From an uncultured Actinomycetes bacterium (GTDB taxonomy: Bacteria > Actinomycetota > UBA4738 > HRBIN12): DNA of 64,000 bases. The stretch spans positions 980,711 to 1,044,710 of the forward strand of contig OY969934.1 of assembly GCA_963704725.1 (NCBI GenBank). The letters run 5' to 3'. The position numbers were made by a program, and so were the translations under genes. This document shows positions 30,969 to 40,329 of this stretch, piece after piece. The notes below the pieces were generated by a model that was given only the letters and a program-made list of their open reading frames with translations, had not been told where the DNA came from and made no database searches. Positions within the stretch are counted from its first letter, which is position 1, and each line of letters begins with the position of its first letter.

Positions 30969-33032
30969 TCACGGTTGATCGACGGGCGGTTCCTGCTCGC
31001 TCGGCGGCTCCGGGAGACTCGAGGACGGCGGCTCCGGTGCCGGCCTGCGCCTGCGGCGCCGTGGCTCGACCTGCTCCGGCAGATGCTTGCCGTCCGCGCC
31101 GGAGGCGGCGAGCGTGCGCATGAGCACGGCGGCGAGACCGTCCAGGCTGCCGCCTCCGCCCGTTACGAGGACATCCGGCATGACGTCGACCTGACCCTCC
31201 GCGATCGCGTTGATCGCGTTGACGATGGCCGTGGCCGGCCCGCCGAGGGCCTTGCGCTGCTCGTCGAAGCCCCTGGCCCGGGCCAGGCCCAGGGCCTCGG
31301 TGGCGCTGGCGTTGGCTCCTCCGATCGCCTGGATCTTGGAGGCCTCGGCCTGGCCGGTGAGCTTCACGTAGGCGGCCTCGCCCTCGCCCTCGGCCTCGCG
31401 CGCCTGAGCCTCGTTGCGGCGGATCTCGACCCCGACCTGGGCCTGCGCCAGCCGCGCCTGCATCTCAGCCGTCCCCTTGGCCTTCTCCATCTGGACCCGC
31501 TCGGTCTGCGCGCGCTCCTGCTCCTGGAACGTCGCCTTCTCTTGGTTGGCGATCTCCCGCTGGGTCAGGACCCGAACCAGCTCCTCCGGGAACGCGACGT
31601 CCTGGATGTACACACCCTTCGTCTCGACCTCGTACGTGGCGAGGTAGGTCCGGATCGAGGCCAGCGCCTGCTCCTGCACCGACTGGCGGGTCTCGATGAA
31701 CGTGACCGCCGGCAGCCCCTGCAGCTTGTCGCGGAAGTGGTTGCCGACCGCCGACTGCAGGACCTCGTTGACGAGGTTGAGCATGGTGCCGACCATCGAG
31801 ATGACCTTGGGCGCCCGCGTGTCCGGCACGTGGATCTGGACCTGCAGGTCGATCGTGAAGACGAACCCCTCCCGGCTCTTCGCCTCGATCGGCTTGAGGT
31901 TCGCGTCCAGGTTGTGGGCGAGAGAGCTCGCCTCCGCCCAGTTCAGCGTGAGGATCGCGGTCGGGACGATCTCGGCCGCGTAGATCCGGCGGTTGATCGC
32001 GTACTTCCCGGTGCGCAGCGGCTCCTGCCAGATGCCGCGGTGCCCGGGTCGCACGAGCGAGCCGAACTTGAACTCGTCACCGGAGGTGTCGAGCGTCGAG
32101 AGCCCGACGTACGCCTTGATCACGGCGACCTCGCCCTGGTTCACGACGAGCATGGGGGTCATCTCGACCCGGACCAGGAACGGGTTCAGGAGGTAGGCGC
32201 CGTACAGGAGCGGGTCGTGCTGCAGGCCGATCTTGCCGCCGCCGTCCAGGAAGGCCTGGAAGTCCTGGTAGTTGTTGTGGAGGTTGTTCTTGCTGCCGAG
32301 CAGCGCCTCGATGACCTCGCCGTCGGTCGGGTTGCCCGCCTCCATCTCGAGGATGTCGGCGAAGCCGCCCAGCCGGTTGGCGATGTCGCCGGAGTCGAGC
32401 GGATCGCCCTCCAGCGTCGTGACGATCCCGATCTGGTCGACGTCCCCGTACGGCGCGATCACGACCACCCGGAGCTGATCCGGTTGCAGGCCGAACGACT
32501 CGGCGGCGAGCCCCTCATGAGAGGCGACCGCGGCGAGATCCGGGGAGACCGGCAGTCCGTAGACCGCGCCCCGCGTGATGACGAGGAAGCCCACCGGGTG
32601 GATCGGCACCAGCGTGCCCGGGGGCAGGACCGGCCTCTGCACGCCCTTCTGCCCGGCGTTGCCCACGAAGCTCTTCAGGTCGGAGAAGTTCGCGAAGATC
32701 GTCTTGTACGCCCCGCTTTTGGCCCCGATGGGAAGGGGCGCTCCGACCTGGGCGATCACGACGCCGATCTCGCCCGCGGGGACCTGGACCCACGGGAACT
32801 TGCTCACGCTGTACACCGGCCACGGCTTGATCCGGATCCCCGGCATGAGGAGGTCGGCCTGGTATCCGGCCTCGCCGGCGAAGGCGATGGGGTTGTCCTC
32901 GGCGAGCTTGCGCCGCGCGAAGTTCTTCTTCACCAGGCCCACCTGCGTGGCGCCGATCAGGTGGAACGACTTCATGAACACGATGAGCACGAGCAAACCG
33001 ACGACCCCGATCGCGATCCAGGTGGCGACCAC
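30969..33032 (-). CDS. SPFH/Band-7 flotillin-like protein
   Basis: N-terminal TM helix, SPFH domain, then a long EA-rich coiled coil (EQERAQTERVQMEKAKGTAEMQARLAQAQVGVEIRRNEAQAREAEGEGEAAY). Flotillin/YqiK-like. Confidence 0.8.
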   Translation of the reverse strand: MVATWIAIGVVGLLVLIVFMKSFHLIGATQVGLVKKNFARRKLAEDNPIAFAGEAGYQADLLMPGIRIKPWPVYSVSKFPWVQVPAGEIGVVIAQVGAPLPIGAKSGAYKTIFANFSDLKSFVGNAGQKGVQRPVLPPGTLVPIHPVGFLVITRGAVYGLPVSPDLAAVASHEGLAAESFGLQPDQLRVVVIAPYGDVDQIGIVTTLEGDPLDSGDIANRLGGFADILEMEAGNPTDGEVIEALLGSKNNLHNNYQDFQAFLDGGGKIGLQHDPLLYGAYLLNPFLVRVEMTPMLVVNQGEVAVIKAYVGLSTLDTSGDEFKFGSLVRPGHRGIWQEPLRTGKYAINRRIYAAEIVPTAILTLNWAEASSLAHNLDANLKPIEAKSREGFVFTIDLQVQIHVPDTRAPKVISMVGTMLNLVNEVLQSAVGNHFRDKLQGLPAVTFIETRQSVQEQALASIRTYLATYEVETKGVYIQDVAFPEELVRVLTQREIANQEKATFQEQERAQTERVQMEKAKGTAEMQARLAQAQVGVEIRRNEAQAREAEGEGEAAYVKLTGQAEASKIQAIGGANASATEALGLARARGFDEQRKALGGPATAIVNAINAIAEGQVDVMPDVLVTGGGGSLDGLAAVLMRTLAASGADGKHLPEQVEPRRRRRRPAPEPPSSSLPEPPSEQEPPVDQP

Positions 33033-33157
33033 GAAGACCCCTTTCGACCGACCTCACCGCTCGCGACGCGCGCCGAGCCGCACGCATGCCTTTCGATGCA
33101 ACAACGTACTCCGTCCGGCGGGTGGCCGCCGAGGTGCGAACCCGATCGTCGATCAGC

Positions 33158-33757
33158 TCACCGGCCGCCGAACCGCCAGTCGTGGATCTCGACGCTCGTG
33201 TAGAGCTCGGCCCGCACATAGGGATCGTCCGTCAGCATCGCGTCGAGCGCGGCACGATCGGGCCTCTCGACGAGCGCCGCCGTGCCGAGCCACGTCTCGC
33301 CGTCGTCGGCCAGCAGCGGCCCGCGCGCGATGAACGCATCGCGGTGACGGTCGAGGTGGCGACGGCGCTCGTCGCGGAACGGATCACGCCTCTCGGCGCC
33401 GTCCGATGCGCCGTGGCCGATGATCAGGAACCGTCGGTTGCGGACGGGATCGCCCTCGAACTCCCACATCGTGCGTCCCAGGACGTTGCGCCACCGCCGG
33501 ATGAGCACGTCGTCGTACACGCCGGCTCGGTAGTTGGGCTCCTCGAAGGCGAAGACCCTCGCCGCCTCGGCGTCGGGGAGATCGACCATGTGCATGCTGC
33601 CGGTCGCCGACTCGCCGTCCGGGGCCAGCGTGGGGCCTCGCGCGATCATCGCGTCGGCGTACGCATCCATGAACGATTGGTGCGCCTCGGATAGCTCGGG
33701 ATCCTCGCGCATGGGCGCGCTGCCGGGGCGGTCGCGGCAGTAGAAGAAGTACTCCAT
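33158..33757 (-). CDS. tandem YciI-like domain protein
   Basis: MEYFFYCRDRPGS... and a second RRFLIIGHGASDG... half, each YciI-like. Confidence 0.6.
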   Translation of the reverse strand: MEYFFYCRDRPGSAPMREDPELSEAHQSFMDAYADAMIARGPTLAPDGESATGSMHMVDLPDAEAARVFAFEEPNYRAGVYDDVLIRRWRNVLGRTMWEFEGDPVRNRRFLIIGHGASDGAERRDPFRDERRRHLDRHRDAFIARGPLLADDGETWLGTAALVERPDRAALDAMLTDDPYVRAELYTSVEIHDWRFGGR

Positions 33758-36700
33758 GGCGGGATCCTCCCATCGGCGGCGACCGCGCGCGGGGTGGAGC
33801 CGTCGTCGTCCTCGATCGTCACCGTGCCGCTCCCGTCGCCGATCGTGCCGCCCGACGGGTTGGAGAGCACGACGGAGAAGGTCTCGTCGGGCTCGACGAT
33901 CGTGTCGCCGATGATCGTCACCGGGATCGTCTCCGACGTATCTCCCGGCGCGAAGGTCACGTTCCCCGAGGCCGGGGCGAAGTCCTGGCGCGGCACCGCC
34001 GTGTCGGCGACCGCGACGTAGTCCGCGCGCACCGTTGCCGCGCTCGGGTTCGACAGCCGGACGGTCAGGACGAGGGTGCGCGCCCCGCCCGTGCCCTCCA
34101 CGGTCGAGCCGTCCCCGATCGAGATCGCGGGCGCCTGGTCGTCGTCTCGGATCGTGACGATCGCCCGGCCGTCGTCGATCGACGCCCGGTTCGGGTCCGA
34201 CAGCTCGACGACGAGGGTCTCGTCCGGCTCGTCGACGGGGTCTTGGACGATCGGCACGGGGATCTCCGCTGCCGTCTCTCCGGGGTCGAACGCGAGCTGA
34301 CCCGAGACGGGCGTGAAGTCCGAGCCCGCGGACGCGGTGTCCGGTGTGGTCGCGTAGTGGACGGTGACCCGTTCGGAGCTGGCGGTGGTCAGGGTGACGG
34401 TGAGCGTCGCGCTTCCCGAGCCCTCGGCGGCAGAGGCGTCGTCGATCGAGGCCGCCGGCGGGGCGTCGTCGTCCCGGATCGTGCCCGTCGCCCGAGCGTC
34501 CGCGATCTCCGCGTGCTCGGCGTGGGACAGGTTCACGAAGAAGCGCTCGTCCGGCTCGTCGATCGTGTCGCCGACGATCCGGACCGAGATCTGCCGGCTC
34601 GTCTGGCCCGGGGAGAAGCGAACGGTCCCGGAGGCCGCCTGGACGTCCTGGCCGACCGCGGCGGTGCCGGATACGACCTCGTAGCGCACGCTCACGGAGT
34701 CACCGGGCGGCTCGGAGAGGGTCAGCGTGAACGCGAGCGCCGACGTGCCCGAGTCCCCCTCGGCGGTGGCCCGGTCCGCGATCGCGAGCGCCGGAACCGG
34801 GACGTCCGACGGTTCGTCGTCGTCCCGGATCGTCACGATCCCCTGGGCGTCGAGGATGCGGGCGCCGCCGGTCCCCTCGGACAGCCGGACGGCGAACGTC
34901 TCGTCCGGCTCCTCGACCGTGTCGCCGAGGATGGGCACCCGGATCGCGGCGTCGGTGTCGCCGGGGTCGAACGAGACGGTGCCCGAGCCGTCCGTGTAGT
35001 CGAGGCCGGCCGTCGCCGTCCCGTCCCGCGTCTCCCAGCGCACGGCGATCCGATCGGGAGCGGGCGCCGAGAGCGACACGGTCACCACAGCAACGCCGTC
35101 GCCCTCCGCGACCGAGGGGCTCGAGATCGTCACGTCGGGCGCGACCGTTCGCGCCACGATCGTGGCCCGGCCCCGCCGGTCGCCGAGCGTCGCGTTCGTG
35201 GGGTCGGCCAGCTCGACGAAGAGGGTCTCGTCCGGCTCGACCTCGTCGTCCGCCAGGATCCTCACCTCGATCACCGCCTCGGTCTCGCCCGGCGCGAGCG
35301 TCAACCGGCCGCGAACCGGGCGGTAGTCCCGGTCCCGCCGCGCCGTCCCGTCGCTCGTGGCGAACCCGACCTCGACCGGCTCCTGGCTGGGGGCCGAGAG
35401 CTCGACGAGGAGCGAGGCCGACGCGTTCCCGGACCTCGGCTCCTGGACGACGTCGTCACCGATCGCGAGCACCGGTAGTGGCCCGCCCGGCTCGACCGTC
35501 TCGCCGGGGTCCTGGATCACGAACGGCCCCACGTGGACCGTGCTGGTCCACTCGCCGTCCTCGCCCTCGGTGCGGAGATGGAAGAACCACGGGCCGTCCT
35601 CGAGCGGGGGGCTCGACGTCGACGTCGTGTCACCGGGGAGATCGGCCTCGGCGTCGGGGAGGTCCTCGGCGCCGAGCGTCCACTCCACCGAGTACGACAC
35701 GGCGTCCCCGACCCGCGACCACACCACGACGACGACGCGCTCGCCCGACGGGACGCCGATCTCGTGCGTCGTGCTCCGCACGTCGAAGGGATCCGAGACG
35801 GGGGCCGGCCCCCCGGCGAGCGCCAGTACCCCGGCGGTGCCGCCGATCACCGCGACGGCGAGCGCCGCGGCCAGGAGGGTCTTCGTCCGCCGGGCGGCGC
35901 TCGTCAGCCGCCTTCGGAGCCCGCGCCCTCCGAGATCGTGCCGGGGAGCGTCCATCCCGGAGGCGACGTTGCGCCATAGGTCGTCGATGAGCCCGGCCGC
36001 CGCCGGCACCGGCGCCAGGCCGGCCAGGATCTCGATGGGCGAGACGAAACGCCGCTTGCTCTCGCCGCACGTCTCGCACTCGCGAAGGTGCGTCCGGATC
36101 TCGGCGTGGACCCGGCGCGTGAGCTCGGTCGCTCCCAGACTCGTGAGGATCGCGTCGAGCTCGGGACACTCGCGCCGCCCTCGCCGCATCAGCAGCATCG
36201 ACGTCACCGTCTCCTCGACCGAGTCCCGGAGACGCGACAGCCGCGTGTACACCGCTCCCTTCTTCAGGCCGAGGGCGTCGGCGATCTCGTCGGCGCTCAG
36301 GTCCCGACGCACGTGCAGGTCGAGCAGGGCGTACTCCTGCGGGCTGAGGGCGGCCGCGGCGGCCCAGACGAGCGCCGCGACCTCTCGGTCCTGCGCCGTC
36401 GCCTCCGGATCGGACCGGCGTCCCGCCGGCACCGTGGCGAAGACGTCCTCCGTCTCGTCACCGGTGTCGCGCGCCGTGACCTCGCGGCCCCGCCGCCGCA
36501 CCTCGTCGATCGCGGCGTTGCGGGCGACGGCGTAGAGCCACGCCTTCACGTTCCTCACGTCCGTCGAGCGCTGGAGCTGCGTCCAGGCCTTGAGGAACGC
36601 GCCCTGCACGACGTCGGCGGCGGCGTCGCGGTCGCGCGTGATGCGGGCGGCGAAGTCGTACAACCCGTCCACGTGGCGCCGGTACAGGAGCGAGAACGCC

Positions 36701-36846
36701 TCGCGGTCGCCCCGCGCGGCGGCCGCGGCGAGCGTCTCGTCGGGCGGGATCTCGTGTGGAGGTGTCGGCCGCATCGTCGCGCCTTCGGATCGGGGCGTCG
36801 CCGATCGTGGCGGGGAGACGGCAGCGGGGTCAAGGTCGTGCTCCAC
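33646..36846 (-). CDS. fused ECF sigma factor / zinc-finger anti-sigma / single TM / six Calx-beta repeats in one ORF
   Basis: Sigma-70 region 2 (DAAADVVQGAFLKAW) and region 4 HTH (LSADEIADALGLKKGAVYTRLSRLR). Anti-sigma-type zinc finger HLRECETCGE. TM helix TLLAAALAVAVIGGTAGVLALAGG. Then 6 repeats of the D-Y-x-x-x-x-G-x-[LV]-x-F-x-P-G-[ED]-T-x-x-x-[IV]-x-V-x-I-x-x-D-x-x-x-E-x-D-E-x-F Calx-beta signature. Start is GTG at 36846 or ATG at 36774. Confidence 0.7.
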   Translation of the reverse strand: MEHDLDPAAVSPPRSATPRSEGATMRPTPPHEIPPDETLAAAAARGDREAFSLLYRRHVDGLYDFAARITRDRDAAADVVQGAFLKAWTQLQRSTDVRNVKAWLYAVARNAAIDEVRRRGREVTARDTGDETEDVFATVPAGRRSDPEATAQDREVAALVWAAAAALSPQEYALLDLHVRRDLSADEIADALGLKKGAVYTRLSRLRDSVEETVTSMLLMRRGRRECPELDAILTSLGATELTRRVHAEIRTHLRECETCGESKRRFVSPIEILAGLAPVPAAAGLIDDLWRNVASGMDAPRHDLGGRGLRRRLTSAARRTKTLLAAALAVAVIGGTAGVLALAGGPAPVSDPFDVRSTTHEIGVPSGERVVVVVWSRVGDAVSYSVEWTLGAEDLPDAEADLPGDTTSTSSPPLEDGPWFFHLRTEGEDGEWTSTVHVGPFVIQDPGETVEPGGPLPVLAIGDDVVQEPRSGNASASLLVELSAPSQEPVEVGFATSDGTARRDRDYRPVRGRLTLAPGETEAVIEVRILADDEVEPDETLFVELADPTNATLGDRRGRATIVARTVAPDVTISSPSVAEGDGVAVVTVSLSAPAPDRIAVRWETRDGTATAGLDYTDGSGTVSFDPGDTDAAIRVPILGDTVEEPDETFAVRLSEGTGGARILDAQGIVTIRDDDEPSDVPVPALAIADRATAEGDSGTSALAFTLTLSEPPGDSVSVRYEVVSGTAAVGQDVQAASGTVRFSPGQTSRQISVRIVGDTIDEPDERFFVNLSHAEHAEIADARATGTIRDDDAPPAASIDDASAAEGSGSATLTVTLTTASSERVTVHYATTPDTASAGSDFTPVSGQLAFDPGETAAEIPVPIVQDPVDEPDETLVVELSDPNRASIDDGRAIVTIRDDDQAPAISIGDGSTVEGTGGARTLVLTVRLSNPSAATVRADYVAVADTAVPRQDFAPASGNVTFAPGDTSETIPVTIIGDTIVEPDETFSVVLSNPSGGTIGDGSGTVTIEDDDGSTPRAVAADGRIPPWSTSSTAATAPAARPCARIPSYPRRTNRSWMRTPTR

Positions 36847-37164
36847 TCAGCCGGCCGGTCCCCCGGCCGAGGCCCGTACCAGGTCCCAGAACCGGCGGTC
36901 CTGCAGGAGCTGGTGCTCGAGCTCGTGGACGGCCCAGGGCTCCGGGGCCGCGAACCGCTCTCCGCACCACCGGCACTCCATGTCCTCACCGCCTCCCGGT
37001 CCCGAGCCGCCGTCGGCGGCTCTGCAGAAGAAGACGGACGGGAGCGCCGGACCTTACGGAAGGGGCCGTGTAAGGTTCCCGGCCCTCGTCCGTCGTACCC
37101 CCGAGCCGCCCGACCGGGCGGGAGAGAGCGGGCCCCGGAGGGGGCCCGGGAAGGGAGGTACGAG

Positions 37165-37734
37165 ATGGGCGAGGGGCGGAGGAAGCCTCGGTCGGGCAAG
37201 GCGCGGGTCGCGATGCTGCTGCTGACCGGCGCGGTGGTGGGGTCCATGCTGGCCGGTCCCGTCGCGAGCGCGGCGGGTGGGTTCGGTCCGGTCTGGAAGT
37301 TCGTCAAGTCCCGGCTCTCGGCGCCGGGCACGATCAACGCCGACCGCAACCCGGTCGACTGGTCGAGGCTGAAGAACGTCCCCGACGGGTTCGCCGACGG
37401 CGTCGACGAGCTCGGCGGCGTGGGTACCATCGCGATCCGCGAGGACAGCGTCCAGATCCCCGGAGGCGTCGCGCAGAACGGCGCGTACGCCGTCGCGAGC
37501 GTCACCCGGTACTGCGGCGACGGCGAGCGGGCCCTGTTCGCGAACGCCTACTACGACGGCGATCTGAACGGCGCCAGCGTGGGGGGCGACAACGACCAGG
37601 AGCTCACGATCGCCTCGCTGAGGTTCGTCACCCAGGGAAACGGGGACGAGGGATACACCGTGTGGGGCGGCAACGACTCGGGCACTGACCACACGCTGAC
37701 GCTGCAGGTGCACTGCTTGCTGGCCGAAGTGTAG
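37165..37734 (+). CDS. small secreted protein (signal peptide), unknown function
   Basis: ATG with GGGAAGGGAGG RBS. N-terminal signal peptide (MLLLTGAVVGSMLAGPVASAAGG). Divergent from the sigma-fusion gene. Confidence 0.5.
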   Translation: MGEGRRKPRSGKARVAMLLLTGAVVGSMLAGPVASAAGGFGPVWKFVKSRLSAPGTINADRNPVDWSRLKNVPDGFADGVDELGGVGTIAIREDSVQIPGGVAQNGAYAVASVTRYCGDGERALFANAYYDGDLNGASVGGDNDQELTIASLRFVTQGNGDEGYTVWGGNDSGTDHTLTLQVHCLLAEV

Positions 37735-37808
37735 CCCGTCGGATTGCGGAACGAGGGGCGGATCCCCAGGGGATCCGCCCCTCGTTCGCGTTCAGCTGCT
37801 GGCCGGTG

Positions 37809-39290
37809 TCACAGCGCGGCCGGCGGAGGGTCGAGGACGGGGAGGCCTTCTCGGGCGACGGCCGACCAGAACCTGCCGCTGTCGCGCACCCGGCGCTCCA
37901 ACGTGGCGTAGTCGACATGCACGATGCCGAACCGGGGCCGGTACCCCCGTGCCCACTCGAAGTTGTCGAGCAGCGACCACACGAAGTACCCCCGCAGCGG
38001 GACACCGCGTTCGAGGGCGTCGAGCGCGGCGCCAAGGTGCCGGTGGAGGAAGCGGACGCGCTGCGGATCCCGGGTGGGCTCGAGTTCGTCGACCGGGTAC
38101 GCCGCGCCGTTCTCCGTGACGTAGATCGGGAGGTCCCCGGTCCGCGAGGCGGCGAACTCGAGCACCTCCGTGAGCCCCGGCGGGTACACCTCCCATCCCA
38201 TGTCCGTGCGCTCCTCCTCGGCGGCCGTGGTCTCGAGCGGCGGCAGCAGCGGCGAGCGGACGATCGATCGCGAGTAGTAGTTCACGCCCAGGAAGTCGAT
38301 CGGGGACGCGATGAGCTCGAGGTCGCCGTCCCGGATCTCCTCGCGGCGCCACCCCCACGCCCGGGCCCCGTCCTCCGGATAGCCCCGGCCGGTGACGGGG
38401 TCGAGGAACCACCGGTTCATCTGGTCGTGCGCGACGAGCGCCGCCTCGACGTCGAGCGGATGGCCCGTCGCGGGATGCTGCGGCTCCAGGTTGACGACGA
38501 TGCCGACCGAGGCGTTCGGGGCGGCGGCGCGGACGGCCCGCACGCCGAGCCCGTGGGCCACGAGCACGTGGTGGGCGGCCGCGAGTGCCGCCGCCGGCTC
38601 CGTCCGCCCCGGCGCGTGCGAGCCGACCCGGTACCCGTGGTCGGCGACGATGAAGGGCTCGTTGAACGTCGAGATGTGCCGGACGCGGTCCCCGAGCCGG
38701 CCCGCCACGACCGAGGCGTAGCCGGCGAAGGCGTCGGCGGTCTCCCGGGCGGGCCACCCGCCGGCGTCCTCGAGCGCCTGGGGCAGGTCCCAGTGGTAGA
38801 GCGTGAGGTGCGGGGCGATCCCGTTGGCGAGCAGCTCGTCGACGAGCCGCTCGTAGAAGTCGAGCCCCGCCTCGTTCACCTCGCCGACGCCGGCCGGTAT
38901 GACACGCGGCCACGAGACCGAGAAGCGGTACGCGTCCAGGCCCAGCTCGGCGATGATCGCGACGTCCTCGCGGTACCGGTGGTAGTGGTCGCAGGCGACG
39001 TCTCCGGTGTCGCCGCCTCGAACCCGTCCCGGCGTGTGCGAGAAGCGATCCCAGATGCTCTCGCCCCGGCCGTCGGCGTCCGCCGCGCCCTCGATCTGGT
39101 ACGAGGAGGTGGCGGCCCCGAACACGAACCCGTCGGGGAATCGTTGACCGGTCAGGATGCCTCCATCCGTGAGGTTGCCGAGGTCGCCGAGAGGGTACCC
39201 GGGGAGCGCGGTCCGACGCGCCGAGCCCGGCCTCCTCGGCCCGATAGGATCGCGGCATCCGGACGCCGACCGAATCGCACCGACCTCCAT
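37809..39290 (-). CDS. GH1 beta-glucosidase
   Basis: FPDGFVFGAATSSYQIEG, catalytic acid NEP at TFNEPF, and nucleophile YVTENG. The true start is probably internal to the listed ORF (start uncertain). Confidence 0.75.
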   Translation of the reverse strand: MEVGAIRSASGCRDPIGPRRPGSARRTALPGYPLGDLGNLTDGGILTGQRFPDGFVFGAATSSYQIEGAADADGRGESIWDRFSHTPGRVRGGDTGDVACDHYHRYREDVAIIAELGLDAYRFSVSWPRVIPAGVGEVNEAGLDFYERLVDELLANGIAPHLTLYHWDLPQALEDAGGWPARETADAFAGYASVVAGRLGDRVRHISTFNEPFIVADHGYRVGSHAPGRTEPAAALAAAHHVLVAHGLGVRAVRAAAPNASVGIVVNLEPQHPATGHPLDVEAALVAHDQMNRWFLDPVTGRGYPEDGARAWGWRREEIRDGDLELIASPIDFLGVNYYSRSIVRSPLLPPLETTAAEEERTDMGWEVYPPGLTEVLEFAASRTGDLPIYVTENGAAYPVDELEPTRDPQRVRFLHRHLGAALDALERGVPLRGYFVWSLLDNFEWARGYRPRFGIVHVDYATLERRVRDSGRFWSAVAREGLPVLDPPPAAL

Positions 39291-40224
39291 GAACCCGGCA
39301 CGCGGCGCCATCCTGTGGGCCGCCGACAACCCATGGCTCCGCGAGCACCTGCCGAACTTTCGGTTCGTCCGTCGGAGCGTTGCACGATTCATGCCCGGCG
39401 AGCGCCTCGAGGACGCCCTCGCCGCGGCCGAGAGGCTCGCCGCCGACGGCGTCCCCACCACGTTCACGGCGCTCGGTGAGAACGTCACGACGGAGGGGGA
39501 GGCTCGGCGGGTATTCGATCACTACGTGGAGGCGCTCGCCACGATCGCCGAGCGAGGGTTCGACACCGAGGTCTCGGTGAAGCCGACCCATCTCGGGCTT
39601 GACGTCGGTCCGGATCTGGCCGCGCGGAACCTCGCCAGGCTGGCGGAGGTGGCGGGGGAGCGGGGGAACTGGTTGTGGCTGGACATCGAGTCGAGCCCGT
39701 ACGTCGACCCGACGATCGAGCTCTATCGCGGCGTTCGCCGGTCCCATCCCAACACCGGCATCTGCCTGCAGGCCTACCTGCGGCGGACTCCTCGGGACGT
39801 CGAGTCCCTCCTGCCCGAGGAGCCCTCGATCCGGCTGGTGAAGGGCGCCTACCGAGAGAGCCCGGAGCTCCTCGTCGGCGGTAGGTCCCTGGTCTCCGAG
39901 GCCTACCGCGTGCTCGCGCTCCGGCTGCTCGAGGCCCGGGGTCCGAAGTCGCGGGTGGTGCTCGGCACCCACGACGTCGGCCTGATCGAGCGCGTCGAGG
40001 CCGACGCCACGGTCCGAGGGATCCGGCGCGAGGCCCTGGAGATCGCGATGCTGTTCGGCATCCGCGCGGCCGACCAGCTCCGCCTGGCGCGCGAGGGGTA
40101 CGCGATCCGAACGCTGATCGCCTACGGCGAGTACTGGTACCCGTGGTTCATGCGACGGATCGCCGAGAAACCGGTCGAGAACACGCTGCTGGCGCTGCGC
40201 AACGTCGTGGCCGGTCCCGCCTAA
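39289..40224 (+). CDS. proline dehydrogenase
   Basis: About 310 aa monofunctional ProDH sense (LWLDIESSPYVDPTIELY, RLVKGAY). Confidence 0.75.
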   Translation: MNPARGAILWAADNPWLREHLPNFRFVRRSVARFMPGERLEDALAAAERLAADGVPTTFTALGENVTTEGEARRVFDHYVEALATIAERGFDTEVSVKPTHLGLDVGPDLAARNLARLAEVAGERGNWLWLDIESSPYVDPTIELYRGVRRSHPNTGICLQAYLRRTPRDVESLLPEEPSIRLVKGAYRESPELLVGGRSLVSEAYRVLALRLLEARGPKSRVVLGTHDVGLIERVEADATVRGIRREALEIAMLFGIRAADQLRLAREGYAIRTLIAYGEYWYPWFMRRIAEKPVENTLLALRNVVAGPA

Positions 40225-40272
40225 CGGGCGCGGCGGAGCTCACGGCAGCGGAAGCAGTCGACGGTGTGGTCG

Positions 40273-40300
40273 TTCACGAGACCGCACGCCATGGTAAGAT
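40273..40300 (+). promoter_or_regulatory. candidate sigma-70-like promoter for the serine integrase (TTCACG-16-TAAGAT)
   Basis: AT-richer patch between the proDH stop and the integrase ATG. RBS TAGGGAGG precedes the ATG at 40330. Confidence 0.25.
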
Positions 40301-40329
40301 AGCGCGTAGCTTTCGTAGGGAGGACCGCC

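Noticed and set aside
36847-36981. 45-aa C2H2-like mini-ORF (CxxC-12-HxxxH) abutting the sigma-fusion start
   Set aside because: Cannot be distinguished from a chance ORF in high-GC DNA. Mentioned only as context for the sigma-fusion gene.
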